From an uncultured delta proteobacterium (GTDB lineage Bacteria; Myxococcota_A; Polyangia; Polyangiales; Polyangiaceae): a stretch of DNA of 64,000 bases. The position numbers and the translations under genes are program-made. The stretch is taken from assembly GCA_963716725.1 (NCBI GenBank), contig CAVQUB010000009.1, forward strand, positions 224,001 through 288,000. Direction: 5' to 3'. The first letter of the stretch is position 1. Every line of letters starts with the position of its first letter. Of this stretch, positions 19,052 to 29,054 are shown piece by piece. Below the pieces are notes generated by a model. The model was not told where the DNA came from, did not search any database, and was given only the letters and a program-made list of their open reading frames with translations.

Positions 19052-20110
19052 ATGCTGGTCCTCGGCCTCGAGACCTCCTGTGACGACACTGGCGCGGCCA
19101 TCGTCGACGACGCAGGACGCGTGCTCGCCGACGTGGTGCAGAGCCAGGTCGTGCACGCCGAGTTCGGCGGCATCGTGCCGGAGCTCGCATCGCGCGATCA
19201 CTTGAAGAACGGCGGACCGGTGTTGCGTGCTGCCCTCGCGAAAGCGGGCGTGACCCTGGCGGACATCGACGGCATCGCGGTGACCTGCCGACCGGGCCTC
19301 TCAGGCGCGCTCCTGGTCGGAGTGCAGCTCGCCCGCGGCCTGGCGTGGGCGACGCGCAAGCCCGTGGTCGGCGTCGATCACCTGGTCGGACACCTGCTCG
19401 CGGTCTTCCTGTCGTATCCGGATCTCACTCCCGTCGAGCCGCCGGAGTTCCCCTTCGTGGCGCTCTTGGCTTCGGGCGGGCACACGGCGCTGTACCGCGT
19501 GGACGGTCTCGAGATGCAGTCGGTGCGCGAGCTCGGCGCCACGCGCGACGACGCGGCCGGAGAGGCCTTCGACAAGGTGGCGAAGGTGCTCGGGCTCGGC
19601 TACCCGGGCGGCCCCGTGATCGATCGCCTGGCGAAGGAAGGCAACCCGGACGGCGTGCCCCTCGCGCGACCCATGGCCGGCAAGCACAGCCTCGAGTTCA
19701 GCTTCAGCGGCCTCAAGACCAGCGTCGCCCGCTGGGTCGAGGCCAACGGCCGACCGGGTGACGATCAAACCCTGCGCGACCTGTGCGCGACCTTCCAGCG
19801 CCGCGTGGTGGACACGCTGGTCAAGAAGGCCGTGCGCGCAGCCGAGCAAGAAGGCGTGAACAGCTTGGTGCTCGCCGGCGGCGTCGCGGCCAACCGCGAG
19901 CTGCGCGAGCGCGCAACGGCGGCGGGCGAGAAGGTGGGCCTGCGCGTGGTTGTGCCGCCCTTCCGCGCGTGCACCGACAACGCCGCGATGATCGCCTACG
20001 CCGGCCTGGCGCGTCTCACGCGCGGCGAGGACGACTCCGAGACGCTGACCGTGAGCCCGCGCACGGCGCTGGCGACGGTGACGAAGAAGGGCAGCGGGCG
20101 GAGGGGATGA
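19052..20110 (+). CDS. tsaD: tRNA N6-adenosine threonylcarbamoyltransferase
   Basis: LGLETSCDDT, GGIVPELASRDH, HLVGH, SGGHT, DDAAGEAFDK, FSFSGLKT, CTDNAAMIA. Confidence 0.97.
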   Translation: MLVLGLETSCDDTGAAIVDDAGRVLADVVQSQVVHAEFGGIVPELASRDHLKNGGPVLRAALAKAGVTLADIDGIAVTCRPGLSGALLVGVQLARGLAWATRKPVVGVDHLVGHLLAVFLSYPDLTPVEPPEFPFVALLASGGHTALYRVDGLEMQSVRELGATRDDAAGEAFDKVAKVLGLGYPGGPVIDRLAKEGNPDGVPLARPMAGKHSLEFSFSGLKTSVARWVEANGRPGDDQTLRDLCATFQRRVVDTLVKKAVRAAEQEGVNSLVLAGGVAANRELRERATAAGEKVGLRVVVPPFRACTDNAAMIAYAGLARLTRGEDDSETLTVSPRTALATVTKKGSGRRG

Positions 20111-20143
20111 GCGCGCCCTGGCGGCGGAGAGCACGCCCGCCGA

Positions 20144-20581
20144 TCAGAACTGGACCGTGGCCCTCTTGCTAGTCCCGCTGCAACCGTGATCGAGGGTCTC
20201 GTACGTCACGGCCTGCTGATCCTCGAACACGACCGCCTTCGCCTGGTCCGTGACGCGAAGCAGCCAGACATCGCCGTCTTTTGGAGAATTGGCTTTCATC
20301 GACGCGGAGAGCACCCACTCCGTCTGCTCCTGCGTGTAGCTGGTCGACACACCGAAGGTGATGGTGCTCGTGCTGGTCATCTCGGCAGAGCCGCAGTCGG
20401 CGTTCTGGCACACGGTCACCGTCCAGGCCGCGCCGCCGATGGGTGGCATCGGCGCGCTGAGCGTCACGCGGTCCTCGTACAGCATGCCGGAGCACTGCTC
20501 ACCGCTGCACCCCAAGAGCGCCAGCGACGCGGCGAGCGAAGCGCCAGCGAACGCCCCTGAGAGCCGAACCCACACCGTCAT
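20144..20581 (-). CDS. small hypothetical lipoprotein
   Basis: Lipobox LLGC; ATGA overlap with the upstream gene. Confidence 0.72.
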   Translation of the reverse strand: MTVWVRLSGAFAGASLAASLALLGCSGEQCSGMLYEDRVTLSAPMPPIGGAAWTVTVCQNADCGSAEMTSTSTITFGVSTSYTQEQTEWVLSASMKANSPKDGDVWLLRVTDQAKAVVFEDQQAVTYETLDHGCSGTSKRATVQF

Positions 20582-21984
20582 TTCGTCGCCTTTCCCCAGG
20601 AGTCTAGCTCAGTGAGCCGGATGCGGCGAATGCGCTGGAGGTACTGATCGTGGTTCACGCCCGGCAGCCTCTCGCCGAAGTAGAGCCAGGTGTCGTCGAG
20701 CGTCCAGGTCGTGTACTGAATTGCGTACCCGAGCGCGGTTGCGACACGCCAGGCCTTTCCCGTGGTGAGGTTCACTACGAGCAGCCAGGTGGACTCGTAG
20801 TCGATCCCGGCGCCGGGAGCACGGTCGAGGACGGTAACGACCGCGAAGTCGCCCCGCGTCCGGAGCGTGGCGCCGACTACCATCACCTGGCTGGCGATGA
20901 CCGGAGACACGACCGGCTGAGCGCCCGCCGCGTAAGTGCGCGGCATGTGCCAGAAGCGAACCGAGGTGCTGAGCGGAACCTTGGGGTCGGGATCGACGGC
21001 GACGCCCACGATGCGCGTTGCGGAAGGCTGTACCAATTCGGTTTTGCTCGGAGCCTTCTCCAGCAAGGTACGCACGCCCTTGCTGTCGGGCGCCCAACCT
21101 CGAATGCGATCGGAGTTCGTCTCGGTCCAGACCGCGAGATCGCCGTCACCCCCGCCCAGCCACGCGGTCGACGGTGCTTCGATGGTGGTCCACTCGCTCT
21201 TCGTCATGTCGAGGAGCGCGTAGACCCCGCCGGCGCCAAAGCGGAAGTAGGTCCCATCCGTCATGAAATCGCCCTTGCCCGGGGGGACGGACGCCGCGGC
21301 CTGCGATGGCAGGGCCCACGTCCAGGCCGCGCTGGAGCTCAGCGACGCGACGCCGACGAGCTCGCGCTCTGGGGGTATCGTCCTCGATGGCAGGACGCGC
21401 CGCGCGGAGTTCTGGCTCAGACCCATCAGGCAGCGCGCTTCGGAGCCGTGCCCGCGATCGTCTTGGAGGAGCGCCGCCACCGTAACTCCGTCCGACAGCC
21501 TCACCACCCGCGAGAGCAGCTTGGCCGAGACGTCGTCTTTCATGAAGAAGCTGAAGCGAGCGTAGGCCACCCCCTGGGTGGTGCTGGCGGCGACGGCGCT
21601 GGCCTCCGCCACCGGGTAATCCTGAACCACGTCAGCGAGCTCGCAGCCCGGGCCGCTGGGCTCCCAGCTCAGCGGCGCGAACGACAGCGTGCCCGCCGCG
21701 GCCTGGAAGTACCAGCACTCCGGCCCCGTGAACTCCGAGCCTGGCACTAGCTGCCAGGTCGCGCCCAGCACCTCCGGTGGGGTCACGTCGGCCGCGACAT
21801 CTTTGAAGACATCGCTCGCAGCGGCCTCGGCAGCGGGCGAGTCGCCCAACCCGAGGTCGTCGCCCGAGCCGTCGTGAGGATGCAGCGTGCCCGATCGGTC
21901 GTCCGGGGCGGAGCCTCGGGAGCATGCGTGGACGGCGACCAGCGGGGCAACGGCACAGGCCAGGGCCGCAGCGATGCGCTTCAC
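20578..21984 (-). CDS. hypothetical lipoprotein (beta-rich, possibly propeller)
   Basis: MKRIAAALACAVAPLVAVHAC; GTG at 21984 overlaps the protease stop (GTGA). Confidence 0.72.
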   Translation of the reverse strand: MKRIAAALACAVAPLVAVHACSRGSAPDDRSGTLHPHDGSGDDLGLGDSPAAEAAASDVFKDVAADVTPPEVLGATWQLVPGSEFTGPECWYFQAAAGTLSFAPLSWEPSGPGCELADVVQDYPVAEASAVAASTTQGVAYARFSFFMKDDVSAKLLSRVVRLSDGVTVAALLQDDRGHGSEARCLMGLSQNSARRVLPSRTIPPERELVGVASLSSSAAWTWALPSQAAASVPPGKGDFMTDGTYFRFGAGGVYALLDMTKSEWTTIEAPSTAWLGGGDGDLAVWTETNSDRIRGWAPDSKGVRTLLEKAPSKTELVQPSATRIVGVAVDPDPKVPLSTSVRFWHMPRTYAAGAQPVVSPVIASQVMVVGATLRTRGDFAVVTVLDRAPGAGIDYESTWLLVVNLTTGKAWRVATALGYAIQYTTWTLDDTWLYFGERLPGVNHDQYLQRIRRIRLTELDSWGKATK

Positions 21985-24900
21985 AGCGCGCCGCACGGCG
22001 GTCCTCCATGAAACCGCTCGACACCGAGATCGATCACCTCGAGCTGCCCGGGACTGCCCTCGACCGCTAGGAAGAGTCGGTCTTCGCCCATGACGGGCCC
22101 GGTCCGGACTCGACCCTTCGCGGTGAACACGCCCTTGAACTGCGCTTTCTGGCCGCGCCCGTCGATGCGCCACACCGCGTGTGTCTGCTGCGCGCTCGTG
22201 ACCAGCGCGAGCATCCCGTCGGGCATCACGGCGATCGCAGCGAACAGCTTGTTCACGTACGGCACGCGCATCAGCACCGTGGAGGTCTCGCTCGCGAGGT
22301 CCATGCGATAGAGCCGCGCAAACTTCAGCTGCGGACCGATGGAATCGTTGTCATCGACATCGAGCACGTAGAGGTGTTGTCCGTCCGGGGCGTAGCCGAC
22401 GGAGAGCACGTTCGTGGACGGTGCCGGAGGCGCCACGTTCACGAGCTGCCAGCGGCGCTGATCGAGATCCCACTCCCAGACCGTACCCGCAGCCCTCCCG
22501 CTGGAGAGACGCCCGCCGACCATGTAGACGCTGCCTTCAACGGCGGAAAAGACCCCGCTGGTGCCCTGCAACGCCGGCGGCCCGTCCGAGGTCGCCGCTG
22601 CCGCCAGGATCCCGTCGTCCGTGCGACGCGCCACGCTGACGCCGGCGCTGGTCATCGCGATTCCGACCGGAGCGGCTCCACCGAAGTCCTTCGGCAGCGC
22701 GATGGCGTGGATGCCGCCTCGCACCGCGGTGGAGATGCTCTGGCGTGCAACGACCAAGGGCTCGACCGCGCTCAGCCAGCGGGCTCCGCTCTTGAGGAGA
22801 GTGAACGCCGCGGAGTCAAAGTACGAGGTGACATCGATACCGCTGCCGAGCGCCGTGGCCGCGAAGACGGAGCCGGCCGAATCGATGAGCAGGGGAGCGG
22901 GCTTGGCAAACAGCCCGGGGAACCCGAACGGATCCGGATCGTGCAGGTACTCCGGGAGCCACTGCCCCGGCAGGCACGGCACCTTGCAGGTCAGCACCGG
23001 CTTGGGGATCACCGGCGTCAGCCCGGGCGTGTCGAGCATCGCGAAGACGTCGCCCAGCACGTGGTTCTGCTCGCGCGTGCTGGCGTAGGGCGCCGCCTTC
23101 TGCGTGCCCGTGAAGAGAACGCCGTGAGTCTTGCAGTCCCGGATGCTGGTGCCCGGGCAGGTACCGAGGCCGGTCACCTTCCCAGCGACGACGTCGGCGC
23201 GCCATGGCCACTTCACTGTCTTCGGGATGCCGGGGCTGAGCTGGCTGGTCTGGAACGGCTTGGCACTCGTGAGTCCCACAGCGTCGACGTAGGCAGCGCC
23301 GACAGAGTCGGTGACCGTGATGGTGGTCCAGACTGGCGAACCGAGCGGATTGGCGATCGGACACGGCCCACCAGGTTTCGTGCACTTCCCAAAATCCACC
23401 TCCGTGCCATCGACCACACACGTGCAATGTCGGTACGCGACCTGCCGCTGGACGTTCTTGGGCAGCGGGTTCGCGAGGTCTGCCCCCAACCAGCCGTTCT
23501 GGAAGATGTCCGCGACGTCGTCCGGTCCCGTTCCGTCGCCAGGCGTGTAACCGCCGTTCGTCCCGATGGGGATCTGGATGCCCGCCTTCTGCGCTGCGAT
23601 GCGCACGATGGGCACCGGATCGCAGGCGTCCGCCAGGTTCTCGACCGTGGAGTTCAGCTGCTTCTCTCGCTCCTCGGCCAGGAGGTTCGAGTTGGTCTGA
23701 TCGGGAGTCTGGTATCCCGCGCACTGGTCGCACGCGTCGGCGACGCCGTCCGAATCCGAGTCGGTGGGCGAGGCGCAGTAGCCGAGCGGCGCTCCGGGCT
23801 CGATCAAGCACACGCTCTTGAAGCAGAACCCGCTGTTGGCGCAGGTCGCGTACGGGTTCGGCTTCTCACAGAAGTCGCAGGCGTCCCCAACACCGTCGTG
23901 GTCCGCGTCCACCTCCACGGTGGTGAGAAACGCCGGCGCTCCTGCCTTGCTGTTCGGGCACAGGTCGCAGGCATCGCCTCGGGAGTCCCCATCGAGGTCG
24001 CCCTGGCCCGGGTTGAAACACGTCACGTGGGGAGGGATCCCGCCCGCCGCAACCATCGAGTCGCATACGATCTTTGGGCAGCTGTCACAGGCTTCGCCCA
24101 CACCGTCTCCGTCGGAGTCGAGCTGGTCGGGATTGACGCAGTCTTCTGGGTCGAGCGTGGTGCTCTTGGCGCATCGGCTGGCGGGGCAGTTGTCGATGGC
24201 GTCCGGGACACCGTCGCCGTCTGCATCGCTCCCGAGGCAATTGTTGACGATCCAGGCGCCGTTGTTGGTGCCACTGGGATTGCCAGTGGGGGCCCAGACA
24301 GTGTGGCTCGAGCCGTCGTGGGGAAAGCCGTCCCACCAATATCCCGAATACACGCCAACCACCTCCGGCCCCGCTACGCCTGTCATGACCAAGGGACCGC
24401 CGGAGTCGCCTTTTTCCGGCTGAGGATTTGCATTCCGCTCCACATCCCAAACCCAATCGTCGAAGCAGTGTCCCTCACCGGGGTCCCCGCACCCGTCGAA
24501 GCGGAGCACCAGATCTGATGGCGCCGAGCCCCACCGTCTGTTTCCGTCTGCAAGTGTCGACGCCTGTTTGAAGGACGTGACGTAGCTGCCAAACCCGGCG
24601 ATGAAACCCGGAAACTTGATCTTCCCGGTATCGACGCCTTTCTTCATCCCGCCGGTGAACACCCGCGGATACGCCGCCACGAGCGCCTTCGACACCGGCG
24701 TGCTCAAGAATGCGCACGCCACGTCGTGCGCGTCCGGTCTGGCGCCGGTGATGCGCTTCCAGGACTGGACTGCGAACAGCGGTCCGCTGGGGCCGGAGTT
24801 GACGGGCGGACCCGTGGGGATGACGAAGCTCCCAGCCCCGAGGGAGGGAACGCCGTCGAAGCAGTGGCCCGCGCTCAGGACGACGCTCGGCGCGATGAGC

Positions 24901-25209
24901 GTCCCGGTGCAGCTCCCTGCCGTGAGTTGGAGCTGCCCGACCGCGGGCATCCACGCGTTCGAGAACCCGGCGGACGCTAGCATCTGGATCGACGCCAGCG
25001 CCCGGCTCGTCACCCCCATCGGGTTCCCGGCGCAGCGCGACCGCCGGACGCGACGCGGGAGCGGGCGGCGCGAGGCTCGCGCCCGAAGCGCTAACGCCAC
25101 CAGGCTTGGCGCCCGGCTGCGGGGCAGGCGTCGCAGACGTACAGGCGATGCAAATGTTCGCGAGCACGATCACGACTTGGCGAAGCGCGTAAGAAACTCG
25201 ACCCGCCAA
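21981..25209 (-). CDS. trypsin-like S1 serine protease with TSP3 repeats and C-terminal propeller-like region (apparent frameshift near 25030-25100)
   Basis: CTGTLIAPSVVLSAGHC, HDVA, GDSGGP catalytic triad; DADGDGVPDAIDNCP repeats. The signal/lipobox (VIVLANICIAC) lies in an adjacent frame starting at 25209. Confidence 0.82.
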
Positions 25210-25239
25210 TTCCCACCGGCTCCCAGGCTACGCGGCCGG

Positions 25240-25752
25240 TCAACGAAGCGCCAGGCCGACGAGCTCGGTCCGGCTGCGAAGGCCCAGCTTACGAAGCCCA
25301 CGCCGCAGGCGCTCGCTCACCGACGAGATGCTGATCTCGAGTTCGAACGCGATTTGTTTGTAGCCGTGAGCCTGGGCGGCGAGCGCGAGCACCTGCAGCT
25401 CGTCATTGGCCAGCGCGGACGCTCTCGAGGTCGTGCGACGCGCGACCAGAAATCGCTTCCCGTCGCGATCGGCGTGGTCCACGACCGACCACTCCCCGGA
25501 CACGATCGCACGCCAGCCTTCGCCATCCTGCTCTGACGATCGGCCACCCACCCGTGCCGCGGCGCGCGCGAGGTCGACCAGGGTGCCGGGCTCGGACCGA
25601 AGCTCCCCGTGGACAGGGCGTGGGCCGCTCTCGCCGACGATCGCCAGACCCCGCTCGGTGTCGTTCGCCGCGCGGTTCAGCAGCTCCGGGATGTGGCGGT
25701 CCGGCAGCGGCAGCTCGCCCTGCCTCTCGACCGATTCGCCTCGCGTCGCCAT
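25240..25752 (-). CDS. LuxR-type HTH transcriptional regulator
   Basis: ELQVLALAAQAHGYKQIAFELEISISSVSERLRRGLRKLGLRSRTEL. Confidence 0.8.
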   Translation of the reverse strand: MATRGESVERQGELPLPDRHIPELLNRAANDTERGLAIVGESGPRPVHGELRSEPGTLVDLARAAARVGGRSSEQDGEGWRAIVSGEWSVVDHADRDGKRFLVARRTTSRASALANDELQVLALAAQAHGYKQIAFELEISISSVSERLRRGLRKLGLRSRTELVGLALR

Positions 25753-26109
25753 CCATCCTCCGAGACGACAGAAGCCGCCGGATCCGGATGTGAAGGACGA
25801 TTGTTCATGAGCCTTGCCCAGAAGCCACAGCGGGCTGGGCGCGCGCCTGCGCCGTCCGAGCCTTTGGGCGCCAGGGCGGGGTGCGCACCTCTCCCACCCT
25901 TCTTCGTCAGGCGTCGCGCTTCGCCGCGGGGTGAGACGCGGCCTTGGTGATATACGTCCATGGGAGGGGCAAGTGGGAGTTCCGCGGGAAGCTGCTCGGG
26001 TGCGGAGGTCAATCGCCGAAGGGCGTGTCGGTTGCAGTCGTCGGGCGATGCGCTGGCGCAGCCACGACGCTAGTCACGCGCATGGGGCTTGGACGGGAGG
26101 GTGGTCACC

Positions 26110-27282
26110 ATGAAACGAGCTGCTGCGTTCGTGTTGGGATTGATGCTCGTCGGCAGCGCCTGCGGCTCGGACGACGGCGATGGGGCGAGCCCCAAGTGCT
26201 CGCAGGGCGCGACACGCGCGTGCGTGGGGCCGGGCGCATGCACCGGAGCGCAGAACTGCGGCGCCGATGGCAAATGGGGCGCGTGCGATTGCGGCGGTGG
26301 CCTTGGAGGTAGCTCGGGCACAACCGGTGGTGATGGCGGCGGCGGCGCTGGCGCAAACGGCGGAGGGACCGGCGCTGTCACGGGAGGGACCGGCGGTAGC
26401 GCAGGAGACGCGACCCCGGGCGGAAGCGCGGGCACGAGCGGCAGCGACGCGTCCCTGGGAGGTGCCGGCGGGTCGGGGGGCATTGGCGGCTTGGTCGCGG
26501 ACGCTGCTTCGGACGTTCCCAGCGAGGGTTCCGAAGGCGCGGCGGGCTGCGCGGTGGGCGGACAGTCCTGTCAGGCGTACGCGGATTGCTGCAGCGAATC
26601 CTGCTCCAACGGCACCTGCAGTTCGTGCATTGCGGAGAACGGCGCATGCAGTGGCACGTCCGATTGCTGCAAGCAGCCGAAGCTCGCCTGCTACAAGGCG
26701 AAGTGTCGGACTTGTAAGCCCGACGGCCAGGGGTGTCAGCTCACGCAGGACTGCTGCTCCGGGCGGTGCGCGAGCGGCACGTGCATCGCGTGTGCGGACC
26801 CCGGCTGGTCCTGCGGCAACTCGTCCGAGTGTTGCGAGGGCGTGCCCTGCACTTCGGGCAAGTGCTGCTCGCCGCTCGGCGGGTCGTGTGCCCTGGGGGG
26901 CTGTTGTCTCGGGCTCTCCTGCGCTGCCGGCAAATGCTGCAAATCGGCCGGTGACACGTGCTCATCGTCGTCGGATTGCTGCTCGGGAGGGTGCGTCAAC
27001 GGCGTTTGCTGCGCCGGAACGAAGGACTCCTGTCAGAAAGCACCCTGCTGCGACACGTCGTTGACTTGCACGCCGTCCTATCAATGCTGCAAGCCGCTCG
27101 GATCGTCGTGTGGCTCGGCCAGCGAGTGCTGCGCAACGAGCGCGCCGGCTGCGACGGCTTGCGCCGCCGGGAAGTGCTGCATGCCGAAAGGCAACTACTG
27201 CATGGGGCAGAACTCACAGTGCTGTTCGGGTGTCTGCGAGGTTCCCGATGGAGGTTTCATCATCTTCTCCACCTGCAAGTGA
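26110..27282 (+). CDS. very Cys-rich lipoprotein with tandem C-x5-CC repeats
   Basis: MKRAAAFVLGLMLVGSAC; Gly linker; about 9 modules of G..C.....CC...C..G.C. Confidence 0.82.
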   Translation: MKRAAAFVLGLMLVGSACGSDDGDGASPKCSQGATRACVGPGACTGAQNCGADGKWGACDCGGGLGGSSGTTGGDGGGGAGANGGGTGAVTGGTGGSAGDATPGGSAGTSGSDASLGGAGGSGGIGGLVADAASDVPSEGSEGAAGCAVGGQSCQAYADCCSESCSNGTCSSCIAENGACSGTSDCCKQPKLACYKAKCRTCKPDGQGCQLTQDCCSGRCASGTCIACADPGWSCGNSSECCEGVPCTSGKCCSPLGGSCALGGCCLGLSCAAGKCCKSAGDTCSSSSDCCSGGCVNGVCCAGTKDSCQKAPCCDTSLTCTPSYQCCKPLGSSCGSASECCATSAPAATACAAGKCCMPKGNYCMGQNSQCCSGVCEVPDGGFIIFSTCK

Positions 27283-27308
27283 CCAGCTCAGGTCGGCTCA
27301 GGCGCGGT

Positions 27309-27767
27309 TCAGGGTCGTGACGACACGGGCTCGTTCGCGCGCCCGGAACGCATGAACGCCTGCAGCTCGGCGTCGGCGGTGTGCTCGTGATCCCGGAACC
27401 AATTCACGAGCTGCTGCGCGACCGCGGGCACGAGGGGCCCACCGCCCGAGACGTTCTCCTCGCGAAGGGTCTCCAGATGACGCAGCAGCTTGCCGTGTCG
27501 CAAGCGGTGATCGTCCAGTTGTGGGTACCCCGCTCGACCCATCGCGTACTCTTCGGCCGCGAAGTGCTGGCTCACGTCGCTGATGATCACCTCCAGTAGC
27601 GATTGCACCTGCGGCAGTCCGTGCTGCGTTGAAGTCAATCGCTCGAGCCGCGAGAGCAGGCCGGCCAGGTGACCGTGTTGCACCGAGGGGTCATCCGGGA
27701 ACGTGGGGCGGTCCTCGGATTCGCCATCGGCATCGTCATCGTCGAGCAGCATAAGGAGCGTAGACAT
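27309..27767 (-). CDS. hemerythrin-family protein
   Basis: QH, HFAAEE, GYP...HRLRH, HEHTAD iron-ligand pattern. Confidence 0.82.
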   Translation of the reverse strand: MSTLLMLLDDDDADGESEDRPTFPDDPSVQHGHLAGLLSRLERLTSTQHGLPQVQSLLEVIISDVSQHFAAEEYAMGRAGYPQLDDHRLRHGKLLRHLETLREENVSGGGPLVPAVAQQLVNWFRDHEHTADAELQAFMRSGRANEPVSSRP

Positions 27768-27806
27768 GCATCGCACAGGGTCAGCTGGCAAGGGGCAGCG
27801 GGCGCC

Positions 27807-28862
27807 TCACCCTGGCCCGATGAAGTACGCGCGGTTCAGCTTGGCGTCGAACCAGGCCGCTCGCATCTTCGTGGAAGTCGGCGCGGTGGCCTTGCCCGCG
27901 AAGAACGGCGCGGACGCCGCCGGCCACGACTTCCAGACGGCCGCTGCATCGAGCTGGTAGACCATGCCGTTCGAGTAACCGTAGTAGCCGAGGAAGTAGT
28001 TGGCGGTGCCGTGCAACGCGGGATCTCGAACCTCGAAATCCCAGAGGATCGTGCCCGTGCCGTGCGGAGCGGCTGGCGCCGGGTCGTCCTTCATCGTGAC
28101 CTTGGTCACGTAGACGACGGAATCGTCCGAGTTGTAGTCGTAGAGCACCGCCGTCGGGTTCGCGACGAAGGTGAGCCCCTCGACCAGTGCTGGTGAGCTT
28201 GGCGGCGACGCGAGGTGGTACACCGATCCGAGCGCGAGCCCGCTAAGCGCCGGGAACTTGCTCGTGGTGTTGACCGGCGCTTGCCAAGTGCCGCCCTTTC
28301 GCACGTGGAGCTTGCCGGCGTCCGTGAACACGAGCAATCGATCGAAGTGCTCGAGCTGCGTCACCGCGCTAATCCCCGTGGCCGGTGGCGCGTTCGCCCC
28401 GCTCCAAGCGAGGTCGAGCGACGTCGGAGCAGACCAGGTGCCATTGCTCCAGTTGAATGCGTGAAGCGTCCAGCCCGGCGTGCCGCCGCTCGACGTTCCG
28501 CCGCCGCCGCTCGGTGCTCCGCCACCGCTCGGTGCTCCGCCGCCGCTTGGTGCTCCGCCGCCGCTTGGTGCTCCGCCGCCGCTTGGTGCTCCGCCGCCGC
28601 TCGGTGCTCCGCCACCGCTCGGTGCTCCGCCACCGCTCGGTGCTCCGCCACCGCTCGGTGCTCCGCCACCGCTCGGTGCTCCGCCGCTGCTCGCGCCGCC
28701 GGCGCCGTCGGGCCAGGCGCCGTCGCCGATCGAGGCGCCGCTCCCCCCGTTGCTGGCGCCGCCTGTCGCGGGACCGCTTTCGGAGCTCCCGAGCTCCAGG
28801 CAGCCCGAGAACAGGATCACCCCCACCGCAGCCGCAAACCCGAGCCGAGCCGTCAAGCGCAT
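27807..28862 (-). CDS. lipoprotein with (GAPSGG)10 linker and unknown C-terminal domain
   Basis: Lipobox FSGC; repeat linker; Trp-rich globular C-terminus. Confidence 0.8.
   Translation of the reverse strand: MRLTARLGFAAAVGVILFSGCLELGSSESGPATGGASNGGSGASIGDGAWPDGAGGASSGGAPSGGGAPSGGGAPSGGGAPSGGGAPSGGGAPSGGGAPSGGGAPSGGGAPSGGGAPSGGGGTSSGGTPGWTLHAFNWSNGTWSAPTSLDLAWSGANAPPATGISAVTQLEHFDRLLVFTDAGKLHVRKGGTWQAPVNTTSKFPALSGLALGSVYHLASPPSSPALVEGLTFVANPTAVLYDYNSDDSVVYVTKVTMKDDPAPAAPHGTGTILWDFEVRDPALHGTANYFLGYYGYSNGMVYQLDAAAVWKSWPAASAPFFAGKATAPTSTKMRAAWFDAKLNRAYFIGPG
28501..28680 (-). repeat. 18-bp coding tandem repeat x10
   Basis: CCGCC(G/A)CCGCT(C/T)GGTGCT x10 on the + strand. Confidence 0.95.
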
Positions 28863-29054
28863 CTCCCTACGATACGCCGGTCGAACTCAAAGGTCACTCC
28901 GGCGGCCGCCGCGCCGCAGAGACTGCGGTCAGAGCGTCGTACCCCGCAGTCGATGCGTGTGGGGCCCGCGCAATGGCCACGGGCTGCGCGGATTCTTCGG
29001 CGGCTGCTGACCCGGCGCTTGTCGGGCACGAATCGTGCTGTACAAAGGAGCGCG

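Noticed and set aside
28480..29010. (PPPLGA)n ORF and other repeat-derived ORFs
   Set aside because: Antisense or alternate-frame shadows of the GAPSGG linker.
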